Part shown: piece by piece, positions 40,104 to 49,485 of the stretch | Layout: each line of letters opens with the position of its first letter | Numbering within the stretch: the stretch's first letter is position 1 | Source: Bacteroidales bacterium | GTDB taxonomy: Bacteria > Bacteroidota > Bacteroidia > Bacteroidales > CAIWKO01 | Direction: 5' to 3' | Assembly (NCBI GenBank): GCA_035389045.1 | Contig: DAOORA010000015.1 | Coordinates: forward strand, 1 to 64,000 | Length of the DNA stretch: 64,000 nucleotides | Made by a program: the position numbers and the translations under genes | Notes under the pieces: generated by a model | What the model saw: only the letters and a program-made list of their open reading frames with translations | What the model was told of the DNA's origin: nothing | Database searches by the model: none

Positions 40104-42530
40104 CTACCGCAGCAGATTGATATTGCCCTGCAGATGATATTCTTTTTTATCATAACCGATGGCGTCAATAAAATAAAAGTAGGTGCCATCTGCGCATTTT
40201 CCTTCACTTTTGCTCGTTCCGTCCCAGATGCTTTCCCTGGTTTTCACAACTGAAAAATCGGAGAAACTGTTTGAATAGAGTTTTTTGCCCCAGCGGTTAA
40301 AGATGGCTATTTCGAGGGATCTGATCCCTTCCGATTCGATCTGGAACTCATCGTTCTTGCCATCTCCATTCGGTGTGAAGATGTTGGGAACTTTCATGCT
40401 CGATGGCTGCATAGCCCTGACGATGAGCTGGTATTCCGCCTCACAGTTATTGGGCGGGCCGCTGTTGACCACGAGTATGACTACGATATTAGTATCCATG
40501 TAATTATAAATATGGGCCGGAGGATGCATGTCCGTGCTGGTAGTGCCGTCTCCGAAATCCCACTGGTACGTTGATGCGTTACTGCCGGTATAAATAAAAT
40601 CAACAGAAAGCGGGATAAACCCTTCGGCAGGATTTGCCGTAAAATCAGCGCTGACAAGTGTTTGCGTGGAAATATCCGTATTGGCAATCACAAAACAGTT
40701 ATGGGCTGAATAAGTAAAAGTAAGTGTATAATTCCCCGGACACAAATTGTTGGCATCTGCCGAATCCTGCATGGGTGAGGTGCTCCAGGCATAAGTTACA
40801 GGCTGTTCATAATCGCCTGTTATCTGGGAAGTGATGTACCCGTTGCATGAATTAAGGCAGGTCTGATCTGTGGGCGTCAGTATTAATCCGATCTGCGGAG
40901 GACTTTCAAGGATTACAAAATTGGTTGATGTACAGCCAATGTTGTCGGTGACGGTGACAAAATAAGTGCCTGCACCGATGTTGTCAATCGTGGCGTTCGT
41001 GTCATTGGTAGGCGACCATAAATAATGATATGGGAGAAGTCCGTTTGTTGCTGTAACGGTTGCAGAACCATCCTGATAGCCGTAACACGTTACGGAATCC
41101 ACGCTGGTGATCTGGTTGGTGAGGTTGCTGATATTCACCATGACACTGTCCGTTACCATATAGGTGACCGAATCGCTGTAATAATAACAGGCGTCGGATA
41201 CGGTAACATAATACATGGTGGGTGTTGATGGGTTTACCACCACCGAAGCCGTGTTTCCGGCGCCGTTACTCCATTCATAACCATAACTGACGCTTGATGT
41301 GGTATAACCTCCTCCGGCTGTCACGGTGAGCGTGGCCGGCTGTCCGTTGCAATTGTTTACTTCCGGTGTGATGGAAGCTATGGTCACCGGGTTATAATCC
41401 ATTATGACGATTTGTATGGTATCTGTGGTCAGGCAGACCGTGTTTACATAAATGATCTGAACAGTTTCCGGCGATTCGGTAATTCCGTCAAGGATGGGGT
41501 TGATCGTCAGTATGGCGGAATCATGTCCGGCAGGAATGATAAGGCTGTCCGGCACGTTATGATAATCAACACCTTCAACAGCCGAACCTGCAATAGTGTA
41601 ATGAATGACCACATTGGTGGTAATTGGCTGGCCCAGGCTGAAAGTGACAATGGCATTGTTGCATCCTTCCACAGCCATAGTGTCCACATTGGATGAATAA
41701 GACATGTTATAGGAAAGCCCGTAAGAAGAAAAACTGTTTTCTTCAAGGAATACGCCTGAGTCAAAAGAACTGTCGCCAGCATCTCCTATAGCCAGCTTGA
41801 TGTGATACTGCTGGCAGGGTTGAACAACGCACCATGCGGTATACACGTGGGTGAGCCTGTCGTATTGATAATAAACGCCGCTGGTGTTCTGCCAGGAACA
41901 AGAGCTGCTGCAGGCACATACATTGTCGATAGTCACATAATTTGTAGTGCCGGGCATATAGGCAATATTGATGGCATTATTTGAAAATGTACCGTTAATG
42001 CCCGGGCCGCTGATAAAAAACCCAAAAACATCATTGAAACTGGAGTTGCAGTATTCATCGAACTCCTCAGAACCAAAAACATACCTGAACCGGACCGTAT
42101 CCGATATGGGTACAAAATTAAATTCCAAAACAGCTTTGTCATTCACCGTATGAGAGGGTATTAAAAGCTGAAGATCCGGGTCGCTGCCTGTGCCGGCGGC
42201 AAAACCAGAGCTGCCCGAGTTATTCGGCCCGATAGCATACGACGCTTTTCCGGAAGTAAGCATTATCCCCCCTGTAAAACCAAGCTGTGTGGTGGCCGGA
42301 CCTGCTGTGGTAAAAGAACCGATCATGTCGGAAGAAATACTGGCTGCTGAACCATTAAAGGTGGCATTGCTGACCGTGATACCACTGCCCACCAGTATCT
42401 GCTGGACCAGTTGCAGTGGAGTCATGGAAAGGCTTGCCCCCTGTGTCACCGTTAATTGGGCCTGAGCCTTATATATTAAGGTTATGGAAAAAGCTGTTAA
42501 GCAGATAATGCAGATTATAATTTTTTTCAT
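40104..42530 (-). CDS. Choice-of-anchor L domain protein with Calx-beta-like/SprB/PKD repeats and T9SS type B CTD
   Basis: YVFGSEE..FNDVFGFF, HIKLAIGDAGD..DSGVFL; PNIFTPNGDGKND...IFNRWG CTD. Confidence 0.85.
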   Translation of the reverse strand: MKKIIICIICLTAFSITLIYKAQAQLTVTQGASLSMTPLQLVQQILVGSGITVSNATFNGSAASISSDMIGSFTTAGPATTQLGFTGGIMLTSGKASYAIGPNNSGSSGFAAGTGSDPDLQLLIPSHTVNDKAVLEFNFVPISDTVRFRYVFGSEEFDEYCNSSFNDVFGFFISGPGINGTFSNNAINIAYMPGTTNYVTIDNVCACSSSCSWQNTSGVYYQYDRLTHVYTAWCVVQPCQQYHIKLAIGDAGDSSFDSGVFLEENSFSSYGLSYNMSYSSNVDTMAVEGCNNAIVTFSLGQPITTNVVIHYTIAGSAVEGVDYHNVPDSLIIPAGHDSAILTINPILDGITESPETVQIIYVNTVCLTTDTIQIVIMDYNPVTIASITPEVNNCNGQPATLTVTAGGGYTTSSVSYGYEWSNGAGNTASVVVNPSTPTMYYVTVSDACYYYSDSVTYMVTDSVMVNISNLTNQITSVDSVTCYGYQDGSATVTATNGLLPYHYLWSPTNDTNATIDNIGAGTYFVTVTDNIGCTSTNFVILESPPQIGLILTPTDQTCLNSCNGYITSQITGDYEQPVTYAWSTSPMQDSADANNLCPGNYTLTFTYSAHNCFVIANTDISTQTLVSADFTANPAEGFIPLSVDFIYTGSNASTYQWDFGDGTTSTDMHPPAHIYNYMDTNIVVILVVNSGPPNNCEAEYQLIVRAMQPSSMKVPNIFTPNGDGKNDEFQIESEGIRSLEIAIFNRWGKKLYSNSFSDFSVVKTRESIWDGTSKSEGKCADGTYFYFIDAIGYDKKEYHLQGNINLLR

Positions 42531-42660
42531 TTATGTTGATGTTTTATTATTATGTTAAGACGGAACATTTGTTTAGACAGGTTAAACTTTAAATTGGTTG
42601 CTTGAATACGCTAAATTAGGTACTTTTGTTACATCGTTTAAATATAACAGGAAATTTATT

Positions 42661-43638
42661 TTGAAGAATTTTATTGATGATATTTTCTCCCGGTTCATAG
42701 TAGCTCTTGCGCCCATGGAGGATGTGACCGATACCTCCTTCCGCAGGATATGCAAATCGTATGGTGCCGATCTGGTTTTTACTGAATTTGTCGCTGCCGA
42801 CGGGCTGCTACGCAATGGAGAAAAGAGTTGGAAAAAGCTGCATTTTGATGAAGACGAACGACCCATAGGAATACAGCTATTTGGTAATAATGCCGAATCA
42901 TTGGTTGCTGCCGCAAAGATTGCCGAAGAGGCAGATCCTGACTTCATTGACCTGAATTTTGGCTGTCCGGTAAAGAAAGTGGTGGATAAAGGCGGAGGGG
43001 CGGCACTGCTGAAGGATATTCCCCGGATGATACAAATAACTAAGGATGTGGTCAGAAACACGGAGAAACCTGTTTTTGTCAAAACACGCCTGGGCTGGGA
43101 TGAAAAAAGCATTGTGATCACCGGGCTGGCCGAACAGCTTCAGGATGCCGGCATCAGCGCACTCACCATACATGGAAGGACAAAAGTGCAGATGTACAAA
43201 GGTTCTGCCGACTGGACACTGATCGGCGAAGTGAAGAATAATCCACGGATCATTATCCCGGTGATCGGAAACGGTGATGTGGACTCGGCTGAAAAAGCAA
43301 AGGAAATGAAAGACCGCTATGGCATTGATGGAGTGATGATAGGACGGGCTGCTATCGGAAACCCATGGATTTTCAGGGCAATAAAAGAATACCTGAACTC
43401 AGGGCAAACCGTTACGCCTCCTCTGATCAGCGAAAGGCTCGAAATGGCTCTCCGGCATCTGGCCAGTTCAGTGAACAATAAAGGCGAGCGCCTGGCTATC
43501 CTGGAGATGCGGAAACATTACAGCAACATATTCAGAGCGTTGCCTGATTTTCGGCAATTTCGCATGAAACTTGTCACCGCAGATTCTTTTGAGGCTGTGA
43601 AGGATATTTTTAAAGAAGTAGCTGAATTTTATAAATAA
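42661..43638 (+). CDS. dusB: tRNA-dihydrouridine synthase
   Basis: LAPME, DLNFGCP, IHGRT, GNGD, MIGRAAIGNPW; start uncertain (TTG at 42661). Confidence 0.93.
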   Translation: MKNFIDDIFSRFIVALAPMEDVTDTSFRRICKSYGADLVFTEFVAADGLLRNGEKSWKKLHFDEDERPIGIQLFGNNAESLVAAAKIAEEADPDFIDLNFGCPVKKVVDKGGGAALLKDIPRMIQITKDVVRNTEKPVFVKTRLGWDEKSIVITGLAEQLQDAGISALTIHGRTKVQMYKGSADWTLIGEVKNNPRIIIPVIGNGDVDSAEKAKEMKDRYGIDGVMIGRAAIGNPWIFRAIKEYLNSGQTVTPPLISERLEMALRHLASSVNNKGERLAILEMRKHYSNIFRALPDFRQFRMKLVTADSFEAVKDIFKEVAEFYK

Positions 43639-43848
43639 TCCTTAAGTCCTCTCCAAAAAGCCCTGTTTTTCTTATCCTGCGACTTTTAGCCCTTTATCCC
43701 AAAGGGAAGTCGCAGAAAATCAGGCTCCCCTGCCCTGTCTGCATGGCGCAGCCTGGCAGGCTGCTGCAGTGCGTAGCACGTCAGGCAGGTTTTGGGCCGG
43801 GGTAATGCTGATTTTCAAAAATCATACTTTTCGGATTGGGCTAATCCT
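43636..43848. mobile_element. MITE-like element with internal REP-like palindromes between convergent genes
   Basis: Imperfect terminal IRs AGTCCTCTCCAAAAAG / CTTTTCGGATTGGGCT; flanking direct repeat TAATCCT; internal hairpins. Confidence 0.55.
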
Positions 43849-44500
43849 AAAAAAGTTCCACTCTGTCTTTAAGGAATCCGTTTTCGAAAAGGTCAGTCAC
43901 GTCCAATCTATTGTCTAACAAAAGGGTATGTATGCCTGATTGGGCTACCGGCGGCAGGTTTTTCTCAAAATCATCGATATAAAGTGTTTCGCCGGCATCA
44001 AGGTTGTTTTCTTTTAAGATCAGGTTGAAGATTCTTTTATCCGGCTTACGCATTCCAATCTCGAATGAGAGGTAAACTTTCTCAAACAGGCAACCAAGAT
44101 TGTCGTACCCGAACTTATTTTTCAGTTCTTTTATATACTCGTGGTAATGTATCACATTGGTATTGCTCATCAGGAAAATACGATAGTTTGTACGGATATT
44201 TTCAAGAAGGCGTATGCGGTGTTCCGGAATCCCAATCAAGATGGCGTTCCAGGCCTCATCAATCATTTTAGTTGTCGTTTCAGTGGGGAGATAGTTCTTC
44301 AGTTCATTTCTGAATGTGTCAGGGCTGATACGTCCGGTATCCAGCCTGTCGAAGATGTCGTTTTGTTTTGCCTGTGAATATATTTGGTCGAAATTGCTGC
44401 CTCCCAGTCTGATAAAGGCGTCGATGCTTTTCTGGTAGTCAATATCAATGATGACTCCACCGAAATCGAAGATGATGTTTTTAATATTTTTGTCCGGCAT
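43847..44500 (-). CDS. HAD-superfamily phosphatase (YihX-like)
   Basis: IIFDFGGV, SNTN, RKPD, YIDD. Confidence 0.9.
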   Translation of the reverse strand: MPDKNIKNIIFDFGGVIIDIDYQKSIDAFIRLGGSNFDQIYSQAKQNDIFDRLDTGRISPDTFRNELKNYLPTETTTKMIDEAWNAILIGIPEHRIRLLENIRTNYRIFLMSNTNVIHYHEYIKELKNKFGYDNLGCLFEKVYLSFEIGMRKPDKRIFNLILKENNLDAGETLYIDDFEKNLPPVAQSGIHTLLLDNRLDVTDLFENGFLKDRVELF

Positions 44501-44579
44501 GAAAATTTTTTTTGGAAAATTTGCTGCAAAGATGTAATTTTGCAGCCACAAAACCAAGAATGTTGCATAAAACGCAATA

Positions 44580-44653
44580 GGTCCTATAGCTCAGTTGGTT
44601 AGAGCACCTGACTCATAATCAGGTGGTCCCTGGTTCAAGTCCAGGTGGGACCA
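44580..44653 (+). tRNA. tRNA with CAT anticodon, probably tRNA-Ile2 (lysidine-modified)
   Basis: Acceptor GGTCCTA/TGGGACC; anticodon arm CCTGA-CTCATAA-TCAGG; TTCAA loop; lacks initiator features; no encoded CCA. Confidence 0.92.
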
Positions 44654-44656
44654 CAG

Positions 44657-44699
44657 AAAACGCCTGAAGTAATTGATATTCAGGCGTTTTTGCTTTTTT
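44657..44699 (+). terminator. Hairpin/terminator downstream of the tRNA
   Basis: AAAACGCCTGAA...TTCAGGCGTTTT followed by T-runs. Confidence 0.75.
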
Positions 44700-45050
44700 A
44701 TGGTGGCAAAAATGGGTCAGAATTATAAGAAATTCGTAATAAAATATTCTAAATATATAACCTATTAACCCAACAAGTTTCGTTAAAAAGCATTCTTTTG
44801 TTTTTATTCTAACTTGATAATTGTAAAGTACTTGGGTGGAAAATTCAAATCACATTCAATATCTTAAAATGTGTGTCGTCAGGCCAAATTTCGCCATTTA
44901 GGTACTTAAGTTAAGGTGTGAATTTTAAAATAATTCAAATAAAATTCTTAATGCTTGTACCTGATTTTTAAATGAAAAAAATGCATGTAATGCGAGAATT
45001 AAAAACTGATTTTTCATTTTTATTTTAAAACTGTTACTATTTTTTGTTTC

Positions 45051-46085
45051 TCAATTATTTTTATTCACTTTTTTATTTATTAAATAGAAAGGTCTTGACG
45101 TACAAATAACATCGCCGTAATCGCCATTTTCTTTTTTTATCAAAGTTTCATCAAAACGACTGATGTAGTTGTATCCTTTAATTACAATTTTACAATTTGA
45201 TGCGGTTTTTGTGATAGTATTCGATTCTTTTAAGCCACTGCAGGGATATCTATTTACATCAAAATATTTAAAGGAGCCTATACCATTAGGGTTTATCAAA
45301 ATATAATTTTCAGTTTTATTATCATGAAAATCGCCATCGGTTTGTTTTTTAATATTGATATAAGCCGGGCCGAAATAATTACCGTTTACTGCGCTTTCAT
45401 TTAATACCAATGATATTCTTATCATATCATATTTTTTTAATTTATCGTTATCGGTAAATGAAACAGAAAGCGACAATTCTTTATCATTGATGTTAAGCGT
45501 ATCGGTTGCTGTAACTTCAACATTGTTATTTTTATAAACCGATAAATATTTAAAATTCTTATCGGCTTCTCCCTTTGATTTCAGTTTTAATTTATCTTCA
45601 GGGGTTAAGATGTTTTCGAGGACGCTAAGTATTTTTTCGCAATCGGTTTGGGTATATTTGAGATCAAATGAATTATCGTTGAATTCAAAAGTATCCTTAG
45701 GTGTTTCATAAATAAACACAAAACCGTATTGTGTATTTTCATTTAAAGAATATATCACATAGCTATCTGTTTTTTTTATTAAAGTTTTCATACTGTAGTC
45801 ACCGTTAATATTTGCTTCAACTTTATCAATGGTATTGAACTTTGGATGATTATTGGCAACCACACTAAATGTTTTATCATCATTAACCAACCAAAATTTG
45901 ATATTGTTGTCTTTACTTCCATCTCTTAATTCCACACCTTTTGGCACTTCTATAGTTCGGTTGATGCCAACTTTGCTCAAATCAATGCTATTGGCTGCAA
46001 TGTTCGTGTTGCTGGTTTTATTTGTTTGCGAAAAAAGAGCTATTGATAAGCTCAATAGGGCTAATGATAATGTTACTTTTTTCAT
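45051..46085 (-). CDS. Hypothetical secreted protein, AT-rich
   Basis: 344 aa ORF with signal peptide MKKVTLSLALLSLSIALFS; no recognisable domain. Confidence 0.75.
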   Translation of the reverse strand: MKKVTLSLALLSLSIALFSQTNKTSNTNIAANSIDLSKVGINRTIEVPKGVELRDGSKDNNIKFWLVNDDKTFSVVANNHPKFNTIDKVEANINGDYSMKTLIKKTDSYVIYSLNENTQYGFVFIYETPKDTFEFNDNSFDLKYTQTDCEKILSVLENILTPEDKLKLKSKGEADKNFKYLSVYKNNNVEVTATDTLNINDKELSLSVSFTDNDKLKKYDMIRISLVLNESAVNGNYFGPAYINIKKQTDGDFHDNKTENYILINPNGIGSFKYFDVNRYPCSGLKESNTITKTASNCKIVIKGYNYISRFDETLIKKENGDYGDVICTSRPFYLINKKVNKNN

Positions 46086-47026
46086 TGTTTTATTTTTAAA
46101 GCTTATTTAAATTTTCACAAAAGTAAACAAAACATATCAAATGATTTTCTAAAAAATCGGAATTTTTATCACTATCTATCTCCCCATCTATATATCTATC
46201 AGCAATATACAAGATAATAATTTCATGTATGGGCTCACTTTTCACTGGAGAGTATATATTTTCAACTATACACAAGCAAGCCATAGTGCATAACTTTCTC
46301 AAGATGCAAGGTCGTGTCATATTTCATCGAAATGTCAAGCATTTCTATGGTTGGCAATTACTTGTTTCTTGTTTCAAATTTATTTTTTTTTATTCCGTTT
46401 CAAGCCAGGATAGCTTTGTAAACACAGCATAATTAAACAAAATCTATTGTACAAAACGAGACTGATCATCAAATTTTGAATAATAATCACCCGAAAATTT
46501 TTTTAAGGTGATTTCTGTTGAAATTATCCATTTTTTTGAAAACAACGCTTATTTTCAACCAAATCAGTGGTTAAAATGGGAACACAGGGGAGTCTTTAAA
46601 ATATTGATTTTCAGGGCTGATTTCATTTTTACAAGCTCCAAATATCCAATACGGTGTTTCAAAATGAAAGAACAGGGTACAAAATTATAAATTCCCTTTT
46701 TGGTCTTCGTAGATATGTTTCACATAATAAACATAGTAATTGAATAGTGATGTAATGATAATCATATTGGCAAAACAACTATAGATCTTGCCCTGAAAAC
46801 GATTGCGGGCTTTTATTCCGTGAAGCGCCTCAATTGAGTGATAAACATATGCCAGGCTATCACATTTGAAATACATCATTCGGCCATTAACAATGAATAA
46901 AATAATCAATGAACATAGGATTTAGTGAAATGTAATTTGCAGAAGGATTTTTATGTTTATCTTTATCTGGCGAAATGCATATACCATGACAAACCGTGAA
47001 TATAAAGTATTAAATTGTTTTTAGTT

Positions 47027-48676
47027 ATGAAAAAGTCCGGCAATCTCTTTTTGTTGACCATTATCTTTTTTGTGCTATATCAGGGTTTAGAAAGCGCTCA
47101 GGTGCTGGGTCAGTCAAATATTGATTCTTTGCTCGCCAGACTGACTGAAACAAGGGAAGATACCAATAAGGTGAACCTGTTGAATGACCTTAGCAGTGCT
47201 TATCAATGCATAAACCCTGATGAAGGTATCAAAATGGGTACAAAAGCCATGGAACTTGCAAGGAAACTGAAATGGGATAAAGGAATCGCGAAAGCAAACA
47301 ACAATATCGGGATGAATTATTATGGAAAATCCGATTATACAAAATCATTGGAATATTATTCAAAGGCATTAGAAGTTTTTGAAACCACGAAAAATTTGAG
47401 AGGAACATTGAGCGCCCTCGGAAATATTATAACTCTTTACATTTCCCGGTCTGATTATCAGAAAGCGCTGGAATACCTGTATAAGGCGCTGAAAATTAAT
47501 AAAGGATTCGGAGATAAAGAAGCGATAGCCGGAAATTTTGCTTCTATCGGAAGGATCTGTGTAGCAGTAGCTCTGGATAGCAGCAAAGTGCAGTTATACC
47601 ACCTTTTTTCCGGGAGCAAACGAACGGCTTTAAGGAAAGCCATGATTTATTCTGACAGCGCAATTTTAACAGGCAGAGAGATTGATGCATGGGAGATCAT
47701 GGAAACGGCATACGCCAGTTTAGGTGTTTCACAGGAAATGCTTGGAGATTACAAAAGCGCCCTGGGAAGTTATCATAAATATATGTCTGTCAGGGATTCC
47801 GTTATAAAAAATGTCGTCGATAAGAAAATGTCTGACTTGGAAAAAAAGTATAATGAAGAGCTCAGGCAGAAACAAATGGATATCAAAGACCTGGAAATTT
47901 CAAAGGCATTTGGAATCCCTAAGAGTCAACGGTGGTATTTTGTTGCGGGGTTATTTTTGCTGGCCTGCCTTTCAGCTATATTTTATAACCGTTTCCGGCT
48001 GAAGAACAAAGCGAATAAAATTATCATCAGGGAAAAAAAATTCAGTGAAGAAATGCTGTCAGACATCCTTCCGTCGCAAATTGCAGAGGAGTTAAAAAAA
48101 ACCGGAAAAGTGAAGGCCTTACGCTATCCATCCATAACAGTGATGTTTACTGATTTTAAGGATTTCAGCCGTTTCAGTGAAGCTCTTACACCGGAACAAC
48201 TGACCAAGGAATTGGATTTTTATTTTGCAGAATTTGACAAGATCATTTACAAATATGGATTGGAAAAGATCAAAACCATAGGAGATTCGTATATGTGTGC
48301 AGGCGGGTTGCCTTCAATGAATTTTACGCACCCCGAAGATGTTGTGGCAGCAGCCCTGGAAATAAGAGATTTCATCATAAATAATAAAAAAGAGTGTGAG
48401 GCTTCCGGTAAAAAGGCCCTTGAGATCAGAATCGGTATAAACACAGGTTCTGCTGTCGCCGGCATAATTGGGGTGAAGAGGTTTGCATATGATATCTGGG
48501 GGGATACTGTAAATCTTGCATCACGCATGCAGAGTTGCGGCGAAACAGGTAAGGTAAATATCTCCGGGTCTACCTACGGAATGGTGAAAGACAAATTTGC
48601 ATGCACATACCGCGGAAAAATTGAAGCTAAAAACAAAGGATTGATCGATATGTATTTTGTTGAAGCATATAAATAA
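47027..48676 (+). CDS. Membrane-anchored TPR-sensor class III adenylate cyclase
   Basis: Signal peptide, TPRs, one TM segment, FTDFKDFS, EKIKTIGDSYM, YDIWGDTVNLASRM. Confidence 0.92.
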   Translation: MKKSGNLFLLTIIFFVLYQGLESAQVLGQSNIDSLLARLTETREDTNKVNLLNDLSSAYQCINPDEGIKMGTKAMELARKLKWDKGIAKANNNIGMNYYGKSDYTKSLEYYSKALEVFETTKNLRGTLSALGNIITLYISRSDYQKALEYLYKALKINKGFGDKEAIAGNFASIGRICVAVALDSSKVQLYHLFSGSKRTALRKAMIYSDSAILTGREIDAWEIMETAYASLGVSQEMLGDYKSALGSYHKYMSVRDSVIKNVVDKKMSDLEKKYNEELRQKQMDIKDLEISKAFGIPKSQRWYFVAGLFLLACLSAIFYNRFRLKNKANKIIIREKKFSEEMLSDILPSQIAEELKKTGKVKALRYPSITVMFTDFKDFSRFSEALTPEQLTKELDFYFAEFDKIIYKYGLEKIKTIGDSYMCAGGLPSMNFTHPEDVVAAALEIRDFIINNKKECEASGKKALEIRIGINTGSAVAGIIGVKRFAYDIWGDTVNLASRMQSCGETGKVNISGSTYGMVKDKFACTYRGKIEAKNKGLIDMYFVEAYK

Positions 48677-48841
48677 TGAATAATCTTTGCGATTGCACAG
48701 TTGTTGAGCAATAAGTGGTTCATCAGTGGTGCTTAGGCCTGTATTAAACTGTATTAGATAATATGGCGGAATATTTCAGTTTTGTATAATTTCCATGTGG
48801 GTAGTAAATCATAAATTTGTATTATGCAATAACATATAACA

Positions 48842-49360
48842 ATGCTCCAACTTCTTACTGATAAAGAAATATACGAGAAAGTCATACTGGAATCCATTCC
48901 GAAAACAAAACGTTTTTTATGGATAGGAACTTCTGATATCAAGGATGTTTATGTGATGAAAGGCACTAAAATGTTGCCTTTTTTGGAGATTCTTGCGGGC
49001 TTGATAAAACAAAAAGCCGAAGTCCGGCTGATCCATGCCAAAGAGCCCGGTCCGAATTTCCGTAAGGACTTCGACAGGTATCCCGTTCTTTTCGGGGGAC
49101 TGGAGCGCATGCTCTGCCCGAGAGTTCATTTTAAGATGGTGATCATTGATGGCAAACTGGCGTACTTCGGCAGCGCAAATCTCACCGGAGCCGGCCTTGG
49201 TGCGAAAAACGAAAACAGCCGTAATTTTGAGAACGGCATTTTTACGGATGACGCAGTTTTGATCGAAAGGCTTATGGAACAGTTCGACAGCGTCTGGAGG
49301 GGTGATTTCTGTAAAAAATGCAGACGAAAAGAATTTTGTCACGATGGCCCGCTTGAATGA
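48842..49360 (+). CDS. Single-HKD phospholipase D/Nuc-like protein
   Basis: HFKMVIID (HxKxxxxD), GSANLT, NFE. Confidence 0.85.
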   Translation: MLQLLTDKEIYEKVILESIPKTKRFLWIGTSDIKDVYVMKGTKMLPFLEILAGLIKQKAEVRLIHAKEPGPNFRKDFDRYPVLFGGLERMLCPRVHFKMVIIDGKLAYFGSANLTGAGLGAKNENSRNFENGIFTDDAVLIERLMEQFDSVWRGDFCKKCRRKEFCHDGPLE

Positions 49361-49485
49361 TATCTTGCCGACGTTAAGAAGATGATTATTGTGCTTAAAA
49401 CAATCAGACCGCAAAACACCTGCAATAGTGGAAATACAGGAATGGCTTTTGAAGAAATAGCTTTCAGGTCATCACCGTAAACTCA

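Noticed and set aside
47027..49360. Pycsar/CBASS-type defence system
   Set aside because: The cyclase is a membrane TPR receptor with adenylate-type residues, and no cyclic-nucleotide-binding effector is present
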